Shown: positions 26,571-41,514, numbered from the stretch's first letter. The stretch is DNA of 64,000 bases from Eledone cirrhosa (GCA_964016885.1 OZ024765.1:21514001-21578000); one strand, 5' to 3'. Program-made: numbers and translations. Notes: generated by a model not told the origin, from the letters alone.

Positions 26571-26629
<59 letters not shown>

Positions 26630-26635
<6 letters not shown>

Positions 26636-26755
26636 TGTAATAAACAACATAAGATAATTATTTCTTTTACCAATGGTGTCTTGAAAGCAACCAAAATTGC
26701 TTTCATTCATCAGAATGAAAAAATCCTGGTGTCTTTATTGACTGTGGATTTGAAA
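26630..26755 (-). mobile_element. Degenerate family H4 copy (GAAA mutated to GACA)
   Basis: Reverse-complement match to 15350-15465. Confidence 0.7.
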
Positions 26756-26987
26756 TACAAAAATATAACAGATATGAAAGTGAGGCTGGAGGAAAAAAAG
26801 AAGGGGGGGGGGGGGGGGGGGGGGGTAATAAATAAGAATATATAACAACACACACGTACACACACTCACGCACATATACACATATATACATATATATACG
26901 CGTATATACACATATATATACACAGAGACACATATACACACACATACACACATATATATACACATATATCCATACATAAATACACCA

Positions 26988-27043
<56 letters not shown>

Positions 27044-27050
27044 GCACATT

Positions 27051-27086
<36 letters not shown>

Positions 27087-27108
27087 GATAAATCTACCAA
27101 GAGTTTAC

Positions 27109-27157
<49 letters not shown>

Positions 27158-27259
27158 TTGCACATTCATACATATATATATATATATATACACACACATA
27201 TATACATGCACATTCATACATATACATATATACACACATATATACATGCACATTCATAC

Positions 27260-27296
<37 letters not shown>

Positions 27297-27455
27297 TACA
27301 TGCACATTCATACATATACATATATATATATATATATATACATATATACATGCACATTCATACATATACATATATATATATATATATACATATATACATG
27401 CACATTCATACATATACATATATATATATATATAAAGAGAGAGATACATACACAG

Positions 27456-27498
<43 letters not shown>

Positions 27499-27545
27499 CA
27501 CACATATATATATATATACATACACATATATATACATACATACAC

Positions 27546-27591
<46 letters not shown>

Positions 27592-28348
27592 GAGAGAGAG
27601 AGAGATACATCACACACACACATATATATATACACATATACATATATACATACACATATATATACATATATATATATATATATAATGTGAGAGTTTTGAA
27701 AGAGAAACCAATGTTTTGAATCACTACAAATCTTTGGTTTACCTTTAAACATACACCCACCCACCCACCCACACACACATACCCCCCCCCCCCACACACA
27801 CACACATACACACACACAACCCCCTACAGACACCCCCCACCACCACATATGTTTAATACTCTGTTGTTTCTGAGATGCAGCTTATTTACCAAATCTCTCA
27901 CATCTTATTTCTTGGACATTTCTTCTGATTTATTTCAACTTCGAGATTAGTAAATCTTAACAATATAATCAGCTTCTCCGCATCTTTAGTGAAAATTAAG
28001 TGGATCCCATCAGTCAGACATCTTTCTGTGTGTGTATGAATGCATATGTGTGTGTGTGTGTATTATATATATATATATATATATATGGAAAGTTATATTT
28101 AAATTGTTGGGTTACAACTAGTAAATATTTATAACTGATATAAAAGCACTCAACAAGTATTTGGAGTATATCAACTTTTCAAATACAAGTCGATGTTGAA
28201 CGGTATGTCAAATCTATTTATCTATAAAACTGTCTATATTGTATTTTGTCTGAGGAAGGCATAGCATATTGTTAATATGATATCCCTAAAATATATATAA
28301 TGAAATAAATATGGTTTTATAAATATAGTTTCCATTTATTTAATATCG

Positions 28349-28394
<46 letters not shown>

Positions 28395-28396
<2 letters not shown>

Positions 28397-28606
28397 AAAG
28401 GTAAACAGAAATAACAACACAATCGGTACAGTATATGGAAGGGATATATTAGGTTAATGCTTGAAATAGCAGAAGAGGGTCTTAACGTTTCGGACGCTAA
28501 TCCTTCATCAGAAGAAAGAATGAGAAATAAAATAGATTGAGGGAACGGGCGGGATGGAATTGAAAAAAATGTCTTTAGATAAAAAATAACAGGTCCATTC
28601 ATGTTG

Positions 28607-28610
<4 letters not shown>
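28395..28610 (-). ncRNA. Family H6 element with a minimal HHR at 28480-28515
   Basis: Minus strand: tctt CTGATGA a ggat-tagc-gtcc GAAA cg T t aaga. Confidence 0.78.
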
Positions 28611-28643
<33 letters not shown>

Positions 28644-29128
28644 GGGGGGGGGGGGTAAATATAGGTTGTCCCAAAAAATGTATTCACATTTTAACAACAT
28701 TCTAATCAAAGTGTGTATACATTTTGGGGGGACACTGTATAGATATGGTAAACTAATATATTTCTTCCGTTTTCTTATTTTTGTTTACCTTATATATATA
28801 TATATATCTGTGTGTATATATATATATATATAAAAATATATATATATATATTTATATATATGTGATATTTATATATACATGTATATATACATGTATATAT
28901 ATAACATTGTCGGCTAATAAAAACTTTTGATGTATTAAAGGATTCTTTGTTTTACTCTCTTAATTTTTTGGCTCTGTTTAACTGCATTGAGCTATACCCT
29001 TTACTGTCATTTCTATAATACGAAGAGGGTGTTTGACTCCAACACGCTCCAGTATTCTAATCCTTATATATATATATATAGTAATGATAATTGCGAAGAC
29101 CAAAATCCGAAGAGGGCTCGATAAGGAT

Positions 29129-29351
<223 letters not shown>

Positions 29352-29366
29352 ATATATATATATATA

Positions 29367-29409
<43 letters not shown>

Positions 29410-30054
29410 TTAACAAAGGAATTGTGGTAAGGAGCCAGATGGACCATAACGCACCAGAGTACTCAATACTTAGGGTAGTAGAGTGGGAAATAACAAAAAA
29501 GTGTGAACCCGGCGGCAGAGCTCAAGCCATTGCGACGGCTATTTCTACCAGAAATAGCCGTCGAAACGGCTCGAGCTCTGCCGTCGGGGTCATACTTTTT
29601 CCTATATATATATATATATATATAAACCCGTAGAGCAAATATTTATTATTAGTACAGATTAATATGTACTAATAATTAATATATATATACAGTATACAAT
29701 ATATATATATATACATACATACATATAAACAAATAGCAACTTATACCAGACACCTATTAAAATTAAACAGTTATTAACCATACTTACTGAACCAACACAT
29801 TTCATCCTAAATTTTCTGACCAGCTGCTTTTGGCGCGAAAAGCCAACACACGAAAATTACTGTATGTCATCACGTGAGTGTCATCCAGCAAAAAAATTTG
29901 CATATTAAACAAATAGCTACGTGAGCCATTTTTTTTTAATTTCTTTTACAAAACAGAGATTTCGAATTGCAGTTATACACTAACCCTCCATTTCAATTTT
30001 ACTTCTAATAATTATAAAACTGTGAATCACTTTCCGCAACGCCCGTGTTAACGT

Positions 30055-30093
<39 letters not shown>

Positions 30094-30715
30094 GAGAGGT
30101 ATAGAGATTGTTTTAGCGAGAAGCTAACAGCATTCTATAATATATATGCGACTATAACGTCAAGATGGGAAAAGTAGTTAACGTAAGATTTAGGAAAAAT
30201 AATTCAAACTCATCTCCAAAAAGAATCAGGATATAAATTCATCCACAGAATTTAGTGAAATCCAGGGAAAAATCAATAGACCTTTAACTCATGATAAAAT
30301 AAAGTTTGAAACACTTATCCTTCAATTTGGAATAACATCAAATGCTTCAGTGGAGATGGTCACGGTTGGATTTCATTCATCAGCAGAGCTCAACAGAAAA
30401 CCAGGGCTCTCACAGTATTATAATCCGAAAAAGGGAATTCTAAAACTGGTTAGTTCGCCATCATGTGTAGTTATGAAAAAGCACATGGGGAAAATATATA
30501 TATATATGCAACTGAGCAATCGCCAAAAGGAAGATGTGTACTGTTTGTGTCAGACAGTCAATTAGTTTAAATGGAAAACACAGTAAATCTAGTACACTAA
30601 CCCTCCATTTCAATTTTACTTCTAATAATTATAAAACTGTGAAACCGATAAAGTAAATAAATATACTTAAGATTCCAGTTGTATTTTCAATTTCTTTTTC
30701 TTATATTTTTTACTC

Positions 30716-30813
30716 GTGGCTGAGTGGTTAGAGAATTCGATTCGCAATTGTGAGGTTGTGTTTCGTTTCCCGGACCGGGCGATGCGTTATGTCCTTGGGC
30801 AAGACACTTTATT
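30716..30813 (+). mobile_element. SINE family B head (tRNA + CORE-like)
   Basis: gtggctgagtggttag...ccttgggcaagacactttattt. Confidence 0.7.
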
Positions 30814-30825
30814 TAAGAGCTATAT

Positions 30826-30873
30826 TCTTGTTTTGTCGACCTGGAGAAGGCATATGACCGCGTTCTTCGAGAC
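30826..30873 (+). pseudogene. Tiny RTE RT fragment
   Basis: Encodes CFVDLEKAYDRV. Confidence 0.55.
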
Positions 30874-31058
30874 ATGAGACAAAGAGCTTTGACAATATAT
30901 AAACAAGCTTCCGGTTATGGAACTAACCAACCGGAAATTTATAACAAATTGAAGTGAAAACTAACAGGTGCGTTTGTTTTTATTGGCAGAATGACCCTCC
31001 CATAGTATTATATATATATATATATTGTATTGGCCGATAGTACTTCTTGTGGTTTTGA

Positions 31059-31100
31059 TTGCCCTGATGAGTCCTTAATAGGACGAAACATTGTTGGCTA
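31059..31100 (+). ncRNA. Minimal type I HHR, family H7
   Basis: gcc CTGATGA gtcct-taat-aggac GAAA cattg T t ggc, then an aataaa tail. A tail-only copy is at 28903-28980. Confidence 0.82.
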
Positions 31101-31157
31101 ATAAAGACTTTTGATGTATTGAAGGCTTCTTTGTTTAATTTTCATAATATTTTCATA

Positions 31158-31199
<42 letters not shown>

Positions 31200-31201
<2 letters not shown>

Positions 31202-31420
31202 AAAAGGTAAACAGAAATAACAACACAATCGGTACAGTATATGGAAGGGATATATTAGGTTAACGCTTGAAATAGCAGGAAGAGGGTTTTAATGTTTCGG
31301 GCGCTAGTCCTTCATCAGAAGAAAGAATGATAAATACGATAGATTGAAGGGACGAGTGGGGTGCAATTGGAAAAAATGTCTATAGATAAAAATAACAGGT
31401 CCATTCATGTTGACATCTCT
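31200..31420 (-). ncRNA. Second family H6 element (HHR at 31287-31322)
   Basis: Homologous to 28395-28610; CTGATGA aggac-tagc-gccc GAAA. Confidence 0.7.
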
Positions 31421-31422
31421 TG

Positions 31423-31492
<70 letters not shown>

Positions 31493-31494
<2 letters not shown>

Positions 31495-32595
31495 AAGAGG
31501 AAAAATATAGCACTGACTTTAGAAAGTACATTGAAAAATCTTGGAAGAGATACCTTGACGACTGTTTCATCATCTGGACAGAATCTCTAGATACTCTGGA
31601 TGAGTTCAATATTCTCCTGAATAACCTACACCCATCTCTCCAATTCACAAAAGAGATGAGTAGTACCAAATTACCATTCCTAGATATAATGGTAATCAAA
31701 AACGACACCACCATTACCACGGATATATATTATAAACACACAGACACCCATCAATATCTGAATTTTAAGTCGTTCCATCCACCTCATACAAAACACAACA
31801 TCCCATACTGCCTAGCCAGAAGAATCTGTACCATTGTAGAAGATACGAATACCAGGTACAAACGCCTAACAGAACTAAGAGAATTTTTGCTCAAACAAAA
31901 ATGCCTATCTCTACTTATAGAAAATGGCATACAGTGGGCTATAAAAATACCTATACAACAACTTAGGACAACCCAAGGAAGAAGAAACCAAGAACTGGTC
32001 ATACCATTTATAATGACACACAACCCATGTCACCAAAATATCTTCAACACTGCCAAAGCAAACCTACCGATCATTGCTCAAAGTAATGAATTAAAAGCCT
32101 TAATCACAGACCGATCTTTGACTCTTAATAAAAGACAGCCGAAAAATATGAAGCAATTACTAACAAAAGCAAAGTTTGACCTTAACAACATAGACCAATC
32201 ATTCACTGTATCTAAATGCAATGATAGTCGATGCGACATATGTCAATCCATACACACTAGTCAATATATGAACACAAAAACTGGAAAAAATATTCCCAAA
32301 TGCAAATATGAACTGCAAAAGCAGAAATCTAATTTACTGCATTAAATGCCCGAATTGTGAAGAACTATATGTCAGTCAAACTAGAAATGCACTATCGGAA
32401 GGTGCACGGGTGCACCGACAGCAAATCAGAGACCCAAATGTCCGTCAGATACCCCTAAGTAACCATCTAGCAACATGTGGTCAGAGAATATTTATAATAT
32501 TCCCATTCTACAAATTACACAGCCCAAGTGAAATCAAGAGAAAAATCAAAGAAAAGAATTTTATTGATAAATTCCAACCCAAGCTAAATGAATAA
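31493..32595 (+). mobile_element. Second Penelope-like element, 5'-truncated (RT 3' half, Cys linker, GIY-YIG)
   Basis: WKRYLDDCF, LPFLDI, YYKHTDTHQYL, CNDSRCDIC, NLIYCIKCPNC...YVSQT...KEKNFIDKFQPKLN. Frameshift near 32300. Confidence 0.9.
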
Positions 32596-32596
32596 T

Positions 32597-32777
32597 TGTT
32601 TCTACTTTAGGCACAAGGCCAGCAATTACCCAGTACATTACTGGTACTTTATTTTATCGACCCCGTAAGGATGAAAGGCAAAGTTAACCTCGGCGGGATT
32701 TGAACTCAGACTGTAAAGGGACGTAACTATACTAGAAAGCATGGCGTCCGACCCTCTACCGATACTGCCAATCCACC
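32597..32777 (-). mobile_element. SINE family A with 14-bp TSD at the PLE stop codon
   Basis: gctaaatgaataat at 32583-32596 and 32778-32791. Confidence 0.87.
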
Positions 32778-33004
32778 GCTAAATGAATAATAATGGGGTA
32801 TTACTCCTACTATGACTATGACTATGACTATGACTACGACCACTAAAAACAACAACAACAATAATAATAATAAAAGTGATGTTGATGGTGATGATTACTA
32901 GGAAATGCTATTTTCATCATTTCTAAAAATAGCAAAACAATTGATGCTTTGGATAGGGTCAATTAGTAGTCGTTAGACTTACCACACTGGCAACTAACGA
33001 CCAC

Positions 33005-34713
33005 TGATTCTACCACCCCGCTAAAGTGGCGACTACTCTACAACTAATACTGCTAAAACTATCATTGACGCGGTTCAAAATCAGACTGGGAGTATTTACT
33101 TTCTCGATGCTCCTGGGGGTACCGGAAACACTTTTGTAACGAAATTGATTCTCGCTAAGATTCGTTAGGAGAAAAAAATTGCGTTGGCCGTTGCATCGTC
33201 CGGGATCGCTGCTACTTTGCTCCCGGGAGACAGGACAGCACATTCAACCTTTAAACTCCCCTTGGATTTAGTAAAAACTGTGACACCAACATGCAATATC
33301 AACAAGAGCTCACACGAAGCTCTGGTTCTCAAAAAGTGTTGCCTCATTGTTTGGGATGAGTGCATAATGGTACACAAGGGTGCCCTTGAGGCATTGGACG
33401 GGACCCTGAAAGACATTAGGGATTCTACGGCTCCTATGGGTGGCGTAACCCTTCTGCTATCAGGGGATTTTCGGCAAACGCTGCCTGTCATCCCCAAAGG
33501 GACAAGAGCTGATGAAGTGCGTGCCTGCCTTAAGTCGTCCATGTTGTGGCCCCAGGTGAAGAGTTTGTACCTGAGCACAAATATGCGTGCTCATTTGCAT
33601 GGTGACAACATGTCTGCAGCATTTGCTCAGAACATTTTAGCACTTGGTGAGTGCAATGTCCCTGCGGATGATAAGGGCAGCATAGCAATCAACTCCCTGT
33701 GCAACATTGTGAGCAGCCCTTCTGACCTTTGGGAAGCAGTTTTTCCTAATGTCTCATCTAACCTTAAAAACCTCGATTAGCTCAGCGAAAGAGCCATCCT
33801 TGCTCCGAAAAATGCCATGGTTAATTTTATTAACGAGCAGCTGATTGAGAAGATTCCCGGTAAAGAGAACATCTTCAAATCTATCGACCGGGCGTCAGAC
33901 CCCGACGATATCATTAATTATCCGGTTGAGTTATTAAATTCCCTTGAGCCCCCAGGGCTCCCACCTCACATTCTTAAGCTTAGGGTTGGCTGTCCCATTA
34001 TGCTAATAAGGAACTTGCATCCACCAAAGCAGTGCAACGGTACTCGCATGGTCGTCAAGTCACTGACGCCCCACTTGATTGAGGCCACCAATGTAACGGG
34101 TGCGGGAGAAGGGAGAATGTTTTCATTCCAAGGATGAACCTTTTCCCCTCGGCGTCAGATATCCCGTTCGATTTCCGGCGATCCCAATTCCCGGTGAGAC
34201 CATGTTTTGCCATGTACGTTAACAAGTCACAAGGGCAAACATTGTCGGTGGCGGGCATCCATTTGGGGGAGCCATGCTTCTCTCATGGCCAACTTTGTGT
34301 TGCCTGTTCCCGCGTAGGGATCAGGAATGGACTTTTTGCTTACACTCCTCAAGGGATGACACGCAATATCGTCTACAAAGAGGTGCTATAGATGTTGGTG
34401 CAGGTGTTGGAGGTGTTGGAGCTATGCCGTCTGGAAAACTATTTCCTGGTAGGGTCACCCATAGCGGACAGATCTGACACCCAGCGGCATCAGGGCCACC
34501 ATCTTGCAATTTTGGTCTGCTAAATTCGCTATTGGAAGATTATTAACCCATCATTGATTGTCCAAAATGCTAATTGGTTCGTAACTTTTAATAACCGGTT
34601 CAAATGCTTTATGCACTTAATTGATAAACTTATTCGCTTTCAGGCCACGTTTACCTGTATGTAACTTTTCATAGCAAATGAACAAACCCGAGCAACGCCG
34701 GGCTAAACTGCTA

Positions 34714-34714
<1 letters not shown>
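33005..34714 (+). mobile_element. Helitron 3' portion: decayed PIF1-family helicase and canonical 3' terminus
   Basis: FLDAPGGTG, AVASSGIAATLL, IVWDE, GDFRQTLPV, NKSQGQT; hairpin cccg-agcaacgc-cggg followed by CTAG|T at 34711-34715. Confidence 0.9.
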
Positions 34715-34791
<77 letters not shown>

Positions 34792-34933
34792 ATAAACGTG
34801 CTGCGGAGTTGCAAATGGGTTACATATGAATAAAGTGGTCCTTCATCAGTGATCTTCCAACCATCATCGGTATTTCTTCGCTTTGAAGAAATACCGATGA
34901 TGGTTGGAAGATCACTGATGAAGGACCACTTTA

Positions 34934-34978
<45 letters not shown>

Positions 34979-35774
34979 CAACTATCTCCAGCGTTAGTAA
35001 TTTAATTCCTAAGTACTGATAGAGTGACAAAGTACGAACGATTCGTCCTCCATCGTCTTCAGAACTGAATCAACAGAATTAAAATACATTCAATTGCGTC
35101 ACTGTTTAAAGTAATTTGAAAATGTAATTCTGAAAATGTGACAATTAGACATTTCCCCTTGAAGCTATGTCGTTGATTGCCTTTCATGTAGTGTGTCATT
35201 ATAAGTGCGTCATATAAAGCCCCAGATTCTGGAAAATCTTTTTTTTTCTCTCCAAAAATCAAATATTATACATGCAAATGAATCAATTTTGAATTGATTA
35301 GTTTTTTATCGATTAAATTTAAATCGAAAATACATTATGTCACTCGGAACATAATGAAAGACACATAACGAAATTCTGAAGGACATTTATATCAGACACC
35401 ACCACCACCACCACCACCACCGCCTTCACCGGCGTCGTCCGCCTTCTTTTCTATTCCTTCCCCCACCCCCACAACCCCCTCATAACAAACCTTGCTGCTA
35501 AAATCACCGACTGCGTCCCTGCGTTTATCGCAAGAAATAGTAGCTAAGTTTTCTTTAGGTTCTATCAAGCCTCGTCTTAAAACCGAACTAATTCAACAGG
35601 GGGCATGTTCTAGAGTTTATCCAAGGTTCCCAGCAGTGGTGGACGAATCTGGGTCACGGTGGAGGTCCAGTGTGACGTGGTGGCTAGCATGGGGGTGTAC
35701 ACGATTGCAAAGCAAGCATCTTTACCACTCAGCAACAGCCAGCTATGTATCTATCTATGAATTTATATGACCAT

Positions 35775-36042
35775 CTATATACAAAGTTAGCTCAAAAGTG
35801 ACACAGAGGAGACTGAGGTTAGCTGGACATGCTCACCGACATCCAGAGTTGACATTGCACTCAGTGCTCCTTTGGGAGCCCCTACATGGACACACTAGAA
35901 GAGGAAGACCAAGGTTAACGTATGTTGATGCCCTAAGGACAGACACTGGTCTGTTGGAGACGCAGGACATGGCAGCGATAATGAGGGACAGAGACCGCTG
36001 GAGAGAACTCGTCCATGGATCTCGGGAATTTTACCCGCCTTA
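35775..36042 (+). mobile_element. RTE-like LINE 3' end
   Basis: QRRLRLAGHAHRH...RRGRPRLTYVD...DRDRWR. Confidence 0.8.
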
Positions 36043-36044
36043 GA

Positions 36045-36084
<40 letters not shown>

Positions 36085-36454
36085 CACATATATATATATA
36101 TATACACATATATATATATATATACAAATATGAATTTAGCGAGAATCGCATTTCGGCAGGTAAGAATGAGCGAAACGCAACTTCCGAATTGTGCAGACAA
36201 GCGCTCAATGGATATGAAGATACCAGAGCTATAAACATAAGTTAAAAAGTCCATACAAAACTGAGCGATGGTTAAGAAGCCATTAACCACCTAAGCCAAA
36301 AAAGCGAACAAGCTAAACGGGTCAAACAAAATAAGATATGATTGAAATATTTACCCGGGCCCTCGGGGAAGATTGTATACTCCGATATAGGGTTTCTGCG
36401 ACACCTAAATCAATAATACTGTCTGCTTATAACAAATAATAAGCTTTTAGTATA

Positions 36455-36493
<39 letters not shown>

Positions 36494-36496
<3 letters not shown>

Positions 36497-37065
36497 TACG
36501 TCCGCTTTTTCCCTGCTTGCAAGGGTGGGACAGGAACTGATTCTGGGTTGATTTCTACAGCTGGATGCCCTTCCTAACAGCAACCTCATTTACAGTGAGT
36601 GCTGGGTGTTTTTTTTACCATGGCAACTGCACGACCACTTTCCAGTGGAATGATAGGGACACCAGTCCCTATCATCTCATTTTTACAGCTGAGTAAACTG
36701 GAGCAATGTGAAATAAAGTGTCTTGCTCAAGGAAACAACACATGTGCCTCCATGTATATATATGTATATATATTTTGTTGTGAGTTCAATTCTCAGACCG
36801 GGTGATGTGTTGTTTCCTTGAGCAAGACACTTTATTTCACATTGCTCCAGTTTACTCAGCTGTAGAAATGAGATGATAGGGACTGGGGTCCCTATCATTC
36901 CACTGCAAAGTGGTCGTGGAGGTGCCACGGCAAAAAAGCAGCCAGCACTCACTGTAAATGAGGTTGGTGTTAGGAAGGGCATCCAGCTGTAGAAATCAAG
37001 CCAAAATCAGTTCCCGTCCCACCCTTGCAAGCAGGGAAAAGCGGACGTAAAATGAAATGATGATG
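36494..37065. mobile_element. Two family B SINEs in inverted orientation (36494-36752 -, 36777-37065 +)
   Basis: Mutually complementary CORE-like and tail segments. Confidence 0.85.
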
Positions 37066-37191
37066 AAAATGATATATATATCATAATCATCATCATCATC
37101 ATCATTTTACGTCCGCTCTTCTCTCTCTATATATAGAGAGAGAGATGGTATCTATCTAACTATCTACCTTTCTCTCCAATTATCTATCTAT

Positions 37192-39897
37192 CAGCAGTAC
37201 AGCTGATGTGCTAGTGGCGAGAACGGCACGAGACCAGTTCTTCAATGTAAAACACAAAGGTTGTATTGTCAGAAATAGAACACGTGCTCTAAGAAACGAG
37301 GGAGCCAAAGCTGTTAGCTGGGCCCAAGTGGCAGAGGCGAAAAGTGGCAACAAATCCACAATTCGGTCTTTGCAAGACAAAGATGGACGCATTATACTTG
37401 AATCCAAGCAGATGTGCACGGCCTTCCAGCAGCATTTTGCACAACTGTTCGGGCAAAGCGGTACATCGAGCGAGGTGATGGACTTCAGCTCCTACCTCGA
37501 CGGCGTTCCGTAACTCTCGAGCACGGATGCAGAGAGCTGCGAAAGGCCGATCACAGCGGGCGAAATAGAAGATGCCCTAGGCCGCTGCGGGAAATGCAAA
37601 TCACCCGGTTTAGATGGTCTGCCCTATGAGTTTTACATAGGCATGCCAGACTTGTTCTCTAGTGTCCTTGAAGCGGTCTACTGCAACTGGCAGCAGAACG
37701 AGAGGATTCCCAGTTCTGTAGGCAGAGACGTAGTAACGCTGATCAGGAAAGATGAGAACAAGGGGGATGAGATAAGCAATTTCAGGCCCATAACTCTGCT
37801 CAACACAGAGTTAAAGATTTTAGCCAAGGTGTTAGCAGCAAGGCTGGCACTTGTCGTCGAGAACCTGGTAGGGGAAGCCCAAATGTGTGCAATCCCGACC
37901 AGGTTCATACACGACAACCTCCACCTCATTCGATACATCATAGAGAGGGTAGGGTGTAAACCTGGCTTTGGTGGGGCTCTGATCAATTTAGATCAGTCTA
38001 AGGCATTTGATAGGGTCGACCATCAATACTTGGAAGCGGTTCTCAAGGTGGCCGGCTTCGGTCCCGTCTTCAGAGGCTGTATCGCTGCCATGCACACCAG
38101 CATCTGCTCGGCAGTCTAGGTGAATGGCTACCTATCAGAGCCATTCCAAATCATGCGTTCCATCCGTCAGGGATGCCCTCTCTCCTCCATTCTGTATGTA
38201 CTGACTCTCGAGCGGAAATTGGAGCTGTTGCAGGGCATCCCGATCGAACCAGGACTGCGGAAAGCAGCGTCAGCCTATGCCGACGACACAACAGTAATGG
38301 TGTCGAAAACCTCGGACATCAGGGTAAACGGCAACCTATTACAGGAATACGAAACGGTGACAGGAGCAAAACTAAACCCAAACAAGTCTGTCGGTTTGCA
38401 ACTCGGCACATGAAGAGGCAAACCCATGCCTTCCGACAGTGTCGTTGGACGCTGGACGGAAGGACCGGTGAAATTGCTTGGGGTCGGGTTCGGTCCAGAC
38501 CTCCAGGTGGACAAGAACTGGAACGAGGTCACGGCGAAGGTATTTGCACTTACCCAGAAGTGGGCTGAGTGCAAACTCTCCTTGAAAGGTCGAGCAGAGG
38601 TGGCGAACACTTACATAGCTTCCGTCATCTACTACCGCTTGACAGTCGTGCCTTGCCCCCGCGAATACCTTACCAAAATGGAACGCCTACTCTTCAAGTT
38701 CCTCTGGAAGAAACAGGCTCCATTGGTGAGGAGATCCATCTGCTGTCAACACCCTTCTAACGGAGGGCATGCCGTGGCTGATGATGCGCAAACATGCACT
38801 GAGGCTACGCTATCTCCAGGTATTCCTGACCGGTGAACCGGTGTGGCTGTCGTTTGTGAGACAAGCTCTTCCACAACTCATCTCACTAACAGAGCTGCAG
38901 TCCTGGGTCAAGCGAAGACCAAAAATGAGTGCCTGGCACCTCAAGTGCCTACAGGCGCTCACAGCCCTCTACCAAGCGGAAACGGCAATCAGCGGAGACT
39001 CTACTTCGACATTCTATAGGGGATTAGTGGAGGATAAGTGCGACGACGTTCTCGGGGAAACTCTAGGATTCGAGGAGGACGAACTGACCAGTCTGTTCGG
39101 GAGGACTTTCCATCCAGGACCAATGGATAACTTCCAGAAGTCTCTGGCCTGGCAGTGCTACCGAGGAGCTCTACCAGTTCAAGACAAAATCTACAGGCTC
39201 GGACGCCCTGGCAGAGATCCTGCCAAAAGGACCTGTCCAAGATACGAGCAGGACATCGAAACCGTTCTGCACACAATTGTTCAGTGCCCAGGGTTGACCG
39301 ACCTGTGGAATTATGTCGAACAGCTGGTGTCACATGTGGGACGCATCCAGTTGTCAGCCGAGTCCATCATGAGGATCACCCAGCCACCTTCATTTAAGAA
39401 CGAAGGAGAGGTGGTTTTCCTCTGTCTGGTGGCTATGGCGAAAGAGGTAATATGGTGGACGAGGTTAAAAGGACTGAGGGCAAACACCTTTCTCTCCAGA
39501 CAACAACTTATCCCCTTCTTTAAGTACCACTCCAGAAGGAAGGTGAGAGTGGAGAGAGAGGTGCTACACCCCAGTAAATTCACTGAAAGGTGGATGAATG
39601 TGGCAAAAATGGCCCGAGTGAATGGGCCTTCTCTGTATATAAACCTGTAGGTTGAGGAAGATAAACAGAGGGAAGACTGGAACACCTACAAAACGTGTTC
39701 CTGGTGTTGAGGGTTGTTCTATCCACGGGGTGTAAAACAACCCCGCAGTAACGTCCCCCCACCTATTGGGGATTTCAATTGTTATTTTATTATATATAGT
39801 TTATTGTTATTTATTAATGTTAAAGTTATTTTTATGTAAAACCCCCGCTGTCTTGTAATGTCCCATTTTTGTACGCCCCTGTGGCAAATAGAGAAAG
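37192..39897 (+). mobile_element. Tx1/L1-group LINE ORF2, 5'-truncated and decayed
   Basis: KSPGLDGLPYE, NFRPITLLNTELKILAK, DQSKAFDRVDH, IRQGCPLS, AYADD and a C-terminal CPRY...H...C knuckle. (TATC)-rich flanks on both sides. Confidence 0.9.
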
Positions 39898-40365
39898 ATA
39901 TCTATCAATCTCTCTCTCTATCTATCCATCTATCTTTCTCTCTATATATATATCTATCTCTCTATCTCCCTCTATCTCTCTATCTCCCTATCTCTATCTA
40001 TCTATCTCCCCCTCTCTTTATCTCTCTCCCTTTCTGTCAGTCTGTCTGCCCGTTGGTCTGTCTGTCTGTCTGTCTGTCCCTGTCTCACTCCAAATCTATT
40101 TCTAGTTAACTATTCACAGTTCAATATATTACACCCTAACTAAATTATTGATTTCTTCCAGTTAACATTATTTTTACACCAGTCATTCACTTCTCCCCCC
40201 CCCCCCTCACTCTCTCTCTCTCTCTCTCTCTACATGTGTGTGTGTATATATCCTCTGCTCCTCCTATCTCTTTCTCTTCTCTCTCTCTCTCTCTCCCTCT
40301 ATATATATATATATATCCTTGCTGGCAGGGAAAGCAAATGTTAAAATGCTGAGGATGATAATATG

Positions 40366-40407
<42 letters not shown>

Positions 40408-40457
40408 TATATATATACATACATATATATGTATATATATGTATATATATGTATATA

Positions 40458-40523
<66 letters not shown>

Positions 40524-40611
40524 TATATATATACATACATATATATGTATATATATGTATATATATGTATATATATGTATATATATGTATATATATGTAT
40601 ATATATGTATA

Positions 40612-40679
<68 letters not shown>

Positions 40680-40895
40680 TATTATCATCCTCAGAATTTT
40701 AACATATATATATATACCTGTATGTAAATATAAATATAAATATAAATGTGTGTATATATATATGTATATATATATATGTATGTAAATATAAATGCGTATA
40801 TATATATATATGTATATATATATATGTGTGTGTGTATATATATATATATGCATATATATATATATATGTGTGTGTGTGTGTATATATATATGTGT

Positions 40896-40932
<37 letters not shown>

Positions 40933-40954
40933 TATATATGTATATGCATATGTA

Positions 40955-40990
<36 letters not shown>

Positions 40991-41339
40991 TATATATGTA
41001 TACATATACATATATATACATATATCTATATATGTGTAACTGTATATATGTGTATATGTATATATATACACACTCCCCTTCCCCTCTCCTCTCAAGACAA
41101 TTTTAAAAAATCAATGACAAAGATGTGGAAAGTAAATTACATTATATACACCAAAATATATATAAGTATACAAAAAATATACATACATATATGTTTATAT
41201 ATATATATATATATATATACCTATATGTATGTATATATATATAAACATACATATCTGTTTTTATATATATATATATCTATGTATATATATATAAACATAC
41301 ATATATGTTTATATATATATATGTATATATATATATACC

Positions 41340-41372
<33 letters not shown>

Positions 41373-41514
41373 ATATATAGACACCTACACACTATAATCA
41401 ATATACACCCACACTACCATGTATATGTGTGCCTACAACTACCATGTAGATATATACGCACTACATAGTGTGTATAGTGTATGTATACAGTGTATATATG
41501 TAGTGCGTATATAT

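Noticed and set aside
33184-34391. Host PIF1 gene
   Set aside because: Intronless, broken by stops and frameshifts, and followed by a Helitron hairpin and CTAG end.
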